From: Utricularia gibba
Lineage: Eukaryota; Plantae; Magnoliophyta
NCBI GenBank assembly: GCA_002189035.1
Contig: CM007989.1
Span: 6,572,001 to 6,636,000, forward strand
Direction: 5' to 3'
Length of the DNA stretch: 64,000 nucleotides
In this document: piece by piece, positions 25,112 through 37,757 of the stretch
Layout: every line of letters starts with the position of its first letter
Numbering within the stretch: position 1 is the first letter of the stretch
Notes under the pieces: model-generated
Databases searched by the model: none
What the model was told of the DNA's origin: nothing
What the model saw: only the letters and a program-made list of their open reading frames with translations
Program-made: the position numbers and the translations under genes

Positions 25112-25821
25112 TTCGCCGCGGTGGTATCCGCCCCCGATGAAAAAATAACACCGATCAAAATCACAGAATGACGGATCAAGCAGTTGAGTTTTTCCACATG
25201 AGAAGGAGATAAAGAACTGGATAAGGCGACGAAATCCGAAATCCAATTCCCGACTCCACAAACGCCTGAGCGGGTCCTCTTCTTGCCTCCTTGGCATCAA
25301 CCGTACCCGCTCATTTTTGTCTGTTAATTCATTTTTTTTCTAGCTTTTTAAAATAAAAAATGGGAATAATTAAATAAAATATATTTTCCCCTTTTTTATT
25401 TAATTACTGTATCTTTTAGAAAATGATCGAATTTTATAATATTTAATGCAATCGTTTGAATGGACAATTGCGGGTGTACACATTCCAAGATACACGGATA
25501 CAATTAAATATATTTGTATAAAAATAAAAATTATTTATAAAAAAATTAAAACATTTAAAATTATAAAGCAACAAGCAAGCAATTTCATAAAAAAAATTAA
25601 TTATTAATAATAAAATAATAAATCATTTATAATTTTTAATAATTAACAACATTCAAAAGTCAATAGGTCAAATATAATACTTAAATATTCCATATATCAG
25701 TGGTTGAAAAAAATCTAATCATCTTGAATATTAAAATTAACATTAACGAACAGCACAACTTCAATTTTAAGATCATCCAATTATAAATTAACTGTATTTA
25801 ATATATGTTTATATTAAAAAA

Positions 25822-26400
25822 TGGAAGATTGCTATGGATAAGCACTAAAACTTAGATCTTTTTTATGTCAATATATTTCTTTGAATTGAATGAAACTGCA
25901 ATTTCTTTCACATGATGAGGACAAAGAATGTTGTCCAAGAAGGCTTTGATCCAAAGTATAGTGAATCCACCAATCAAGTGATTGCAATTTGATGGCACTC
26001 CAAAGTACCAAATATCTCATGACATGCCATTAGTTTACAAGTTGTTGTTTGACTAAAGTTCTTATTTCATCAGGATAATAGCATTGCAAGAGGTTGATTT
26101 CAATTTAGGGAAGACTTGGGTCATACTTTAAAATCATGCCATCAACATTTTTGCTTAAACTTTCCCATATAAAGTGATCTACATTTAATAGATCTTGTAT
26201 AGGATTGATGACTATGTATATCACAAATACAAATAATCTCATGGATGGGTTCCATAAGATCAAAGGATGTAGTTCAATGGTGCTTCACAACTTTTCATTC
26301 AAAATTTTACTTTGGAGATGATTTCATGGAATCTTCATGCATTTGAATCCATTACCTACAATGAGATTGGCAACTATGTAGTAGCTGATTCCTTGAAATA
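25822..26400 (-). mobile_element. Decayed hAT transposase fragment (C-terminal dimerisation region)
   Basis: Minus-strand translation from 25975: DWWIHY...SLSSSCERNCSF, then VLVLIHSNL; resembles hAT WW...SSS.CERNWS...LVFVHSNL; stops and frameshifts present; upstream boundary uncertain. Confidence 0.6.
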
Positions 26401-26526
26401 TGTATCTTTAACAAAACAAAGAAGACTAGCTAAGAAAAAAAGTATAAGGAAGGAATAGATTATCAAACAATTGATCATATTTATGAAGTAGGGAGATTTT
26501 GCAAGGTTAAAAAGAATACCAAGTGC

Positions 26527-26553
26527 AAAAAAAAAAAAAAAAAAAAAAAAAAA
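26527..26553. repeat. Poly(A) run of 27 nt
   Basis: Read directly. Confidence 0.9.
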
Positions 26554-27333
26554 CAACCTTGTGATTGCATTATGATCTCCAGCCTTATCTTAGGCATTGA
26601 ACATTCTGTCCAAACAAAGATGTTTTCTATTTTTTAATGAATCATGATAAAAAAAAAAAACCAAATTTACAATAGATTAAATAGTAAATATTCATATAAT
26701 GGTAGTATTTCTAAAATTGAAAATTAAGCATGAAAAATGATTTATAAAAAAAATATTAAAATTAAAGATTTGATAGGTTTTCTTTTTATTGGAATTCAGA
26801 TCAATTCAAAATCCATTTTGGATACACAAGTTATGTTATAAGTCAATCGATTTTATACCATATTGAAATTAAAATTTTGATTAATCAGACAAACACATAT
26901 AAAACTTAAGCATAAAAGAAATATTGATTATATTAAAAAAATTAGATTCAAATAAGTTAATCAAAATTTATAATATATTTGATTATTTTATTTTCATTGT
27001 TTGATATATGATTGATTGTTCTAATAAAAAATAATCAATCAAAATATGAGGAGGTAAATATTAACAATTTTCAGGGCAAAGCTAACATGTTTTGATGTTT
27101 TCTGATAACCAGCGCATACTCTTTATTACAGATGTTGAGCAAGTTTCATAGTACACATGATTTAGGGTTCATGCTGCAACCCTAGCAGACGTTCATCAAT
27201 ACGAGTGAACGCTGACCGGCCGGCCACCGCAGCACCGCCGCCGCTACTGCGACGATGTACTTATACAACACATACACACGAATATATAGATGGTATGCCT
27301 TCGTACGCGCTAGTCGGTGAATCGTTTTGGCGA

Positions 27334-28229
27334 CTAGAACTGATTGCCTACGAATGTCTGTCCGTACTTCCAGGTCGCCGGAGCGACGTTATTGCTTATT
27401 ACAGTGTTGCCGTCGCTGGTGGTCACCTTGAAGGACAGGGCTTGGCCGTCGAGGACACTGCCGGTGTCCCAGTTCTGTCCCCAGTTTCGCTTCATGCTGA
27501 TCCAGTTAGTTTTGGAGCCCTTGACTGAAACGGCTTGGACGTCGCCGGCGCCGCCGACGTTGGTGATCAGAACCAACATGAAGTAAGTGTGGCCATTGAC
27601 CGTGAACTGTATTCCACCATTCCTCACGCAAGTTACCCTGTTAATGAACTGCGAATCAATGAGCATGAAAATTAACTTTGATACCACAAGCTTCCACCTT
27701 TTCGAACATCACCTTCGAAAAGAAACAGGAATGATCCCCGCGCTGTACTGTCCAATCTTGATGAAAGAAGGCACGGAAAGGTCGAAGTGCTTCCGCGGCG
27801 GGTTGCACCAGCCGCCGGCGTTGCTGGGGAGGCTCGGGTTCGCTGGGCAGTAGTTGGTGGCGGTGACAGTGATAGTAACTCCGGTGATGCAGCTCCGGGA
27901 GCCGATGCATTTTAACTGATAGCAAGCACCACACGTTGCTCCATTGTTGAAGAGCGCACTACTCAGCGCTGTGTTGCTGAGACCGTACCCCTGGGAATAC
28001 AAATTGCTATATCCACAAGCTCCCCCTAACACAATTTCAACCAAAATTTTCAGTCAGAATCCAGGATTTACGATCCATTTTACAATATAGTTAACCCACC
28101 CATCGTCCCGGACCCATCCTTTCCGCCATAGAACGTGGCGGTGGCGTTAATCCAAGCTCCATTGTTTTGAGACAAGCCTGCAACGAAGAGCGAAGCAAAA
28201 GCCAGAACGAAGACTCCCAATGCCGCCAT
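27334..28229 (-). CDS. EXPA: Alpha-expansin, 3 exons
   Basis: Signal peptide, [47 protein letters not shown]; TATAAAT at 28288-28294. Confidence 0.95.
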
Positions 28230-29945
28230 CTCAGAGTGGTGGTAACTGGTAACTGCTACCGGTGGCTGAAGGGCAAGACAAGGCGACATTTATACACGCA
28301 GATTGGGAATGTCTCCGCCTCCACCATGTCTGACGGAAACAATTTAGCCTCGTTTGATCTCGCATTTGTCAAGTGCTTTTTAATGCGCGCAGCTCAGAGA
28401 TGACGACGATCATTCCAGCTGAACTCCTGATCAATGCCCATGAAGATCAAAAGTACAATTCCATCGTTGAATCTAAGAATCTAGAGCTAGCGCAACACAA
28501 CTGAAATTCAATCCCATTTCAAAGCGGATTGACTTTCGAATCTTAACATGATCATCATGTTCGTATCTCGCTTAGCATTTAGAATATATCGTATTTATGG
28601 AGAAGATCACGTGTGATTTTCCATTTGATCCATCATTCCACCCATCGTCGTTACATGTGGGCGTGGTTTAAAACCCACATTTGCAACTCAAACAATTCCA
28701 TGATAATACAAGACCAAACTCCATACTCATTATTAATATCAAAATCCATTAGTTTTGATAATATAAAAGATTAAACATATAATTTCAAAAGTTTGAAAAT
28801 AAATTATTTATAAAAAATAAATATATGATACAAATTTAAAATTAAAAAATTAAACTCTTTATACTAACTTAGATTGCCAACAAACTCCACTTATTTTTCA
28901 ATTGAAAATCTCCACCATCCTTTAACAAGGAATGCTCCTCAAGTTTTTGACATTAGAACATTTAATCACCAAAGGAATGGACGTAGGCTCCATTAACTTT
29001 TGGTGCATTGTTCGTCTATTCCGTATGTCTCCAAAAGACTCTAGAGATACTCTAGGGTTTCTTTTTATGATCATATACGTAGAGTTAGATTTCGCATTAT
29101 GGAGAATTAAATGCGACTCAACCCAACTTGCGTCATGTTTGTGGTCATAAAACAGACACACGATGCCTTGTTTTGGTCCACAAATTAAATTCAAAATTAA
29201 AATGCTTCATCAATTTGTTTAATTGTATTACATATTTTAATACTATTCAAGTTTTCTTGCATACTGTTTAATACTTTTAATTGTAAATTTGATCTTAATG
29301 ATTATTCTTAGTATGATTAAAAATAGTTTCAACCTAAGATTATTATTAATAGTATTTTTCGTGGGGGATTATGTTTACCGGATTTTGAAACAGTGGCGAC
29401 CAATTATAAATAATTTTGAGATGTTTAAGATTAAAACAATGTTTTAAGGAATCAATTATGTCATTTAAGGAAACAGTAGGGATTATTTCTAAATGTCAAA
29501 TATAAATATAAATAAATAAATAATAACATATTTCTTTTATATATTAGAATGATTTAATCCCCATATTCTAGATATCTATCGAGATCACTTTTAAATAATT
29601 ATATTTGTTATCTTAAGATTTGATTAAATTTTAAAATTAGAATTATTTGAATTTAAGATAATCTCCATTTTTATTTAATTATAGTATATTTGTATCTTTT
29701 TCGTATGATTATTAATTATCGAATTTGCTGTGATTAATATTTCGGGCGTTTCTGCTTTGATCATTAGGCCTCCCCGTGACCCGACAGGGCCCATAAGTTT
29801 GAAGAAGGCCCATGGGTCAAAAGCCCATCACTCATTGTGAAAAAGTTTTGCTGATTCGTAGCACAATTTCAAGGGGAGGTTGTTCTCCTATGGAATGAGA
29901 CCGAGTCATCTCAGTGGTCAAAGCCCAGAACCAGCAAGCAGTTCA

Positions 29946-31077
29946 TCATGCAGCAAGAAGCTTCTGGATGTCCTTCTGCAACACCAGATCACCACAAGGT
30001 AAGATAAAGGGAAGAAGAGAAACTAGACGCAGACTGCAGCTGCAGAAGCAAAAATGACCTCAATTTGTAAAGGGGAAGTTGTGGGAGGATATCTTTCAAC
30101 AACTTTGCCGTTCTTGTCCACAAGGAACTTCTCGAAGTTCCATTTTATCAGGTCACCAAGGAATCCTCCGGATTCCGATTTCAGAAACTGGTACACCGGG
30201 GCAGTACTCGGCCCGTTGACATCAACCTACATGAGATCAGACTGCTTCACATGACTGAGGAAGAAGGTGAGTTCGAAGCCAGCAAGTTACCTTGTCGAAA
30301 ATAGGGAACTCTGCTTTGTATCTGGTGCAAGCAAATTTCTTTATTTCTGCATTGGACCCTGGCTCCTGGCCCCCGAACTGGTTACATGGGAAAGCTAGAA
30401 TTTCAAAGCCTGCAACATTCATGGAAGTTAGAGCTTCGAAACATCAACTGAAAACAGAATGGGGGCAGAGGCGTTTCTGAGAAATGTACTTTTAGCTTTG
30501 TACTTGTCATGAATCTGGGAGAGCTCTGAGTAGTTTGATGATGTTAAACCACTGAGTGAAAATGGAATGCAAGTCAACTAATTTGCATAACAGAGAGCAC
30601 AAGGAAATGGAAGCAATGTTTTCCAATGTACCATCTAGAAGCGACATTCACAATTAAGAGAACCACTCCCTTGTATTTCCCAAGGGACACATCCTTCCCA
30701 TCTATATCCTGATATAATCAAACCCAACTTCAGCCAACACAACAAGCCAACTGATAAATTAATGTTCCAAACCAAACAGAGCAAGGGACACCCATCAAAG
30801 CTGAAGAGTAGTACCTTAACGGTGTAATCGTACAAGGATTTCTCAGTAGCCGCTCTAGCGTAAACCGGAGCGAAAGATCGAGACTTGGGCGCGAACCCAA
30901 ATAAATTTCCTGAAAAAGAAGAAAACCTGTTCCCGGGGAAGAAGCCTTCAGCGAACTAAGGCGTTTAGCTCCATTGAGCAACTGAAAGAACGCCATAGAA
31001 GGCGATTTAGCGTTAGAGTTTATCGAAAAACCGCAAATTGGCGCTGAGGAAACTGCAGAAAACCCCATGGAAGCCAT
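29946..31077 (-). CDS. GPX1: Phospholipid-hydroperoxide glutathione peroxidase, chloroplastic (GPX1/GPX7-like); one frameshift near 30922
   Basis: Transit peptide; [27 protein letters not shown] (Cys, not Sec), [36 protein letters not shown]. Confidence 0.92.
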
Positions 31078-31670
31078 AACTACGCTTCGATCGCGAGCGC
31101 GACTTTTATTGCCGGAGTTGGGTTGGGACAAAACGATACGCTTTAGCGACTGCTAACGCTCCACGCCGCTGGTTCGTTTTGTTTCATTTTCAGTGCGAAA
31201 TCTTGTAGAAGGTTCTTTACCAGAATTATGTCGCATATATTAATTAATTAATTAATTATAATAACCAAATAACCAGACAAAAGTATATTATTTCTAATAT
31301 TTTACATTAATTTTATCTTTTTCAAAAAAAGTATATTTTATAAAGAAATGCACAAAATACATGAAAGAGAGTAGGTTTTAGAGAATTCGCCCAAAAGGAA
31401 GAAAAATAGAAAAAGGAAGTAATTAAATAGAAATATTCGATACATTTTCAAAAAATAGCAACAAGTTTGAAATGACAAAAATGCACTTGTAAATCATATA
31501 CCGACTAAGTTTGGCAGTGGGTCGTGGGCCTCTTTTAATTTTTGGCCCGGCCCAATACCTTGTTTCATTGACGTTTCCTGCGTTGCAAGTCACGATTGTT
31601 TATAGCAATGTAAGGTATTGCCCATGGCGAATTCCGCTATCATTTGTGTGAGGGTTCAGATTCTTGTGCG

Positions 31671-33333
31671 ATGGAGGGTGAGGAAAGTGTGCAGCAGAGG
31701 CTGCAGGAATTGCAGAAGCAGTTGGGGAAGAAGCTGATGTTTGAAGATGCAGTTTCCGGTATCAGATCTCTTCTCAATGAGAAGTATTCATCTGCCTCTC
31801 CCTCGCTTCGGAAAACGGTACTTTTCGCTTGTTTTTTCCGATTTTTTCTTTCTGATCGATTTTTTGAATTTTATATTTTCAAATGGCGTTGAGACGCAGG
31901 AATAGCTTGCAATTGGGTGAAATTCTTCGCAATTTTTGCTGTTTTCCCAGAATTTTCCCTCATGTTTATTTAGTTTGTAATGGGGATCCTGTGATGATGC
32001 AATTCTCGGAAACAGTTGTTGGGTTTTAGATATCGTGTTTCTTGATTAAACGTCTGAATGTGTTCGTCGATGTTGGGAACTCGATCCATTGTGGAGCTTC
32101 AGGAAGTTCTGTTTGATTTCTGTTACGTATTGTGGATTGTGCAGCTTTACAGTGTGGTCTGTCGTGTTTCTACTATATTGAAGACGAGATATACTACGCC
32201 AGGATTTTGGAGCTCTGGACTAGATCTTTTCCTCGATGCCCAACGGCTTGTGGCCGATGAGTCTGAGAGAAAACATTTGCAAACTTGCATTGATCAGGCA
32301 CGGGACCAGTTGAGTGAGGCACAAAATGCACCTGAGCCCAGGGGAAACAGAGGTGCTGCAATCTCACGTTCAATCTATTGTCATCCCTGTTTACCAGTAT
32401 GATGCAGTCACAGTATTGTACTAGCCCTTTGAGCAGCAGTTGAAATTTGAGGAATGATGCAGGTTATTTATTTGAAGGGCATCTAACTGTCGACCCGGAG
32501 CCTCCACAGCCAACTTGGCTGGTGCAATCGAACTTGCTAGCGGCTGCTGCCGAACTTCTACAGGGTGAATCTTCTGGAGTACAAACGGCGGGCACAGAAT
32601 CAGGGGAAGGTGCTACGAACCTCCTCCAGGAGCTGCTCAACAGATTGGACGATATTGTGCCTGAGGTATTCTTGGGTTTTCTCAAAAGCTTTTCCTTTTA
32701 TACGCACTGCTGTGAGTCAGAATGTCTTCAACAAACAAACTAGTGTTCCAATCCTACCAGAACCACAACATTACCTTGCCTGCTGAGCTTTTGTATCATT
32801 CATGATGAGATAACATGAAGGGTCTCCTGAAGGTTGGCTTGTGTCTGCTTATACAACCTCAAGGCATTCATTCCCACCCCTTTCACTTGCAGTTTATGGA
32901 TGCGGATACCGGGGTTCCACGAGCACCACCGGCAAGCAAGGAAGTCATAGCAAAGCTTCCGGTAACCAAAGTCACTGCAGACATGCTAACGAAGCTGGGT
33001 AAAGATGCGGTATGCTCCATTTGCCAGGAGGTTTTGGTCATCAACGACGAGATGCAAGAACTACCCTGCAACCACATGTTCCACCCTCCTTGCCTCAAAC
33101 CATGGCTGGTACATTTATGATCTCCACTTGATCAAAAGTTATTCAACCGGTATGTATTGTTTCTGAATGTTTTTGAGCCGCAGGAGGAGCACAATTCTTG
33201 CCCGATTTGCCGGCACGAACTGAAAACCGATGACCATGAATATGAGAGCTGGAAGGAACGGGAAAAGGAAGCAGAGGAGGAGAGGAAAGGAGCCGCAAAC
33301 GCTGTTCGTGGCGGGGAGTATATGTACGTTTAG
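31671..33333 (+). CDS. AIP2: RING-H2 E3 ubiquitin ligase AIP2-like, 5 exons
   Basis: RLQELQKQLGKKLMFEDAVS, LKTRYTTPGFW, GYLFEGHLTVDPEPPQP, APPASK, RING-H2 CSIC...CNHMFHPPC...CPIC, ends GGEYMYV*. Confidence 0.93.
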
Positions 33334-34472
33334 GCACTGAATCATTCACATACCAACCAGCAGCCCTCAACGTATTCAGTTACTTATCCACAAACAGTCC
33401 TTTTCTGTCCTTGTTAGTGTACTTGTTTACATGTTGGAAATCACGAAAGCACAGGCTTCCTTTCCATGCAGTTTTTGCTGCTTCCTGGGACATTATCCAA
33501 AGGAAAGCAACCCAAATACTTGTGTTGGAATGTATTAGCAGAGAAAGGGCATCCATCACACAGAAGGTGATGGGGAAGTAGAAAGCCTCCAAGACTTGAA
33601 GCAGCAACATGCGACAACAACGATCCACATAAAAGACAACACACACATACGCCACTCATCAAAAACCAGAAAGCGGATCAGCATCGATGACGGCAGCCAC
33701 CAGATGAGAGAGAGAGAGAGCGAAGCGGAGAAGTTCTCCAAGCTCCAAAATGCGATGCGTATCAATCAGAAAGCCCTACCTGGAAGAACAGACTGGTAAC
33801 CGCAGCATTTACTCCAAGGCTGCGTCATTCATTTTCAAAATATCGGTGGCTTTAATCCGACGCCTTCATCTCCACCGTCGGATCTCAAGTCACGTGCTTC
33901 CCGCCTGCCTAGGGTTTAGGGTTTAGTCATATTTTTTAAAATATATATTTTATAGAATTACTATTTTGATTTCTTTCTTTTTGTGCTTTTCATTTAGAAG
34001 ATTGTTGATAGTGTATTGTTGTCTGTTTTTAGGCATATGACTCTTGTTTTATTTATAATTAAAATTACTATTTAATGAAATGATAAAAATAAATTTGATT
34101 ATTAAAAGAAAAAAACTTCTTCCAAGAAAAGAGAATTGATGTTATCTTTAATTAGGTTAATTAAATTTATTTAAAAAATATATTATTCAAAAGTCTAGTA
34201 TATGATACTAAATATCAACTATAGTTAAACATGTGTGTTAACATAAAATTATAATATCCCCAAATCTCACATCGTTCATATTCATTGTCATCTACAAAAC
34301 TCGAATTTTTAGCATTTTCAAGAGAAGCATAGGGCTGGATTAGATTGCGCAGTGTGGAAACAGACAGGAGGAAAGCCATAGCTAGGAGCTTAGCAGCAGA
34401 GAAACACAAGGGGTCTCCAGTCAAAATGGTACATGAATTCCAACAAGTTCAAATGAGGGCAAAAGCAGCACG

Positions 34473-35520
<1,048 letters not shown>

Positions 35521-36653
35521 TTACAAAATTTATATTATTTTTTATCCGGAAAATAAAGAACAAAGTTTTTATGAGTTAAAAATAATAAATATAATATGAT
35601 AGAAATTTTTCATGCATTTTTTGTTATGTTTTACGAGTTGAAAAGTAAAGAACATCAATTTTTATGTGAATTCTAAATAAAATCAGACCAGACTTCATAA
35701 TCTATTATCCATAGTCCATTGGGCTATATATATATAGTCGATCCAATCTAAACATAAAACCTGCCCAATAGTAACAGTAACCAATTCTAATTCTTTCGTA
35801 TTATTTTAGGTAATCACTTTATTGGTTTTAAAACTTTAAATGATTTAATATTATAAAAAATATCTGAAAAATAACTAAATCCCATAGAAGATGTTATTTG
35901 TTTATGGATATGGAATTTTAATTATTGTCATGCTTTTTAGTAATTTATACTTAATATTGATATTTAGTAGATATAATAGAGTTTTCAAATTGTACAACAC
36001 AAGTTACTACTTGAACAAAAGTCGTTTAATTTGCTAGCAAACTACCGATATTTAAAATATCAAATTTTACTTTACCATTGATTTGTGTTAGACTCAACTT
36101 AAAATAATTTTTGTTATGTAAAAATACTAAAAAAAAATTAATTTTATTATCAAATACAAATGAATTCTATTTAAAAAAATTAAAAATATATCAATGTAAT
36201 TTTATCTTTAAAAATTAAAAAATCTCATCTTTTAATTCTTTTGAAACACTTTTCAAAACATAGTTACCCATAAGATATACTTGAAAAGAAGATTTATGAT
36301 CTATCTCATTTGATGTTTTTGTGATACACTTTACTTTTTAAAAGGAAATAACCTCTTTCTAGATTCACTAACATGCATCATGACTTTATCATGATAGGGG
36401 AGCAAAAAGCTTCCTTTAGTTTGCTTTTGAATGAAAGATATTTTCTTGCATACTTTTCACAATTAAAAATTGTGCTCTAGATGCACATTATAATAGAATT
36501 AATTATTGTTATATGAGAAGGGTTGACTAGCAAAACAGGGTTGGAGGGTAGATTTGGAAATTGTGGGGATACAATAATGTCTTACACGACGCGAAGTTAT
36601 GCACATTAATATTAATATTTTTTTATAGAGTAATAAGAGTGGAGTCTGGCTGG

Positions 36654-37757
36654 CTAAGACGACGGAACGACGCCGTATGAGGGGTCTTGATGGACGAGCC
36701 AATCCACGTCCAGCTCGGTTCTCTTGGCGAATCTTCCTTTGATTCTGGGCCGCGTCTCTGCGTAGGCTTTCCGTGAAGCGTATCGTATTGTCTTCTCGAA
36801 CCTTCGATTCTTCCGCTTCTCCCTGTACCTCAGAACCCTCGCCTCTCTATCCACGCCGGAGACCGGCGTCGGCGCTCCGTCGCTGCCGACGTCATTCTTC
36901 CAGTGCGTGGTCGACACGTCGCCTTGATCCGGCACCACGCCGACGTCAATCGACGATGAGGATACCTGTGGAATCAATTCACAAAATCACGGTTTCGTTC
37001 ATCTCTAGGTTTCGCGCTGGGAGAAGGGGGGATGAATAATTTACGCTGTGACTGATGGCCTGAGAGGAGAAGCTGTAAATCAAAGGTTTGGGGCTCGGGT
37101 ACTCCACATCGTAGGAGGGGTAGCCGTTGACGGCGGGCCGGGTACTGAACCGAGGAGTTGAGATCGCTCTTGTGTTGAACAGGGACCACGCCGTCGGAGT
37201 AGACTTGCTTTTCATCAACACCGTCGGCGTGGTGGCCGGGTTTCTGGTCACCGGGGATCAAATCCAGATCCAGATAATGATTGTCCATTTCATTGAACAG
37301 ATACTCCGCCGACGTGTAGCCAGGGGAATTCAGATCTTCAACAGCGGCTTTGCAGTCTGGATCAGGAAGGAGCCACGAGGCGGCCTCCGCCTCCTCCTCA
37401 GAGAACTCCCCGCGGCTGGCGGGCCGGTGGATTTCGATGCCGACGCGGCGTCGTAGAAAGGGATGACCGGGATCCGCTCGTGTCGGCTAGCGAGGGAGTT
37501 CGCCGAGTGGATATCGCGGTCGCAGGAAGCGCAGAGGGCCGCCGCGTCGGCCTTGCAGGTGAAGGCTGCGGGGCTTGCTCGCAGACCTCGCAGATCCCGA
37601 CACGGGCGTGCCGGGACGCCAGCTTGTTGGCGGAGTGGACTCTGTCGTCGCAGGGAGCGCAGAGGAAGGCGGAGTCGGCACGGCAAAAAACGCTCGCCGG
37701 GACCTCCTTGCAGAAGTTGCAGAGCTTCGCAGCACGGCTCCGGGACTCGCCTACCAT
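36654..37757 (-). CDS. COL: CONSTANS-like B-box/CCT protein (COL3/4/5 group), 2 exons; three frameshifts
   Basis: Two B-boxes, [23 protein letters not shown] domain [49 protein letters not shown]. Confidence 0.92.

Noticed and set aside
28100-28160. Expansin with T in place of H in the AHATFYG motif as a novel variant
   Set aside because: The cysteines, HFD motif and tryptophans are retained; within ordinary family variation.
28920-29200. Less AT-rich patch with short ORFs on the plus strand
   Set aside because: No recognisable protein or element boundaries.
33380-33662. DVL/RTFL-like peptide or C/D snoRNA in the antisense module
   Set aside because: FYVDRCCRMLL only loosely resembles the DVL motif, and TGATGA has no suitably spaced CTGA box D.
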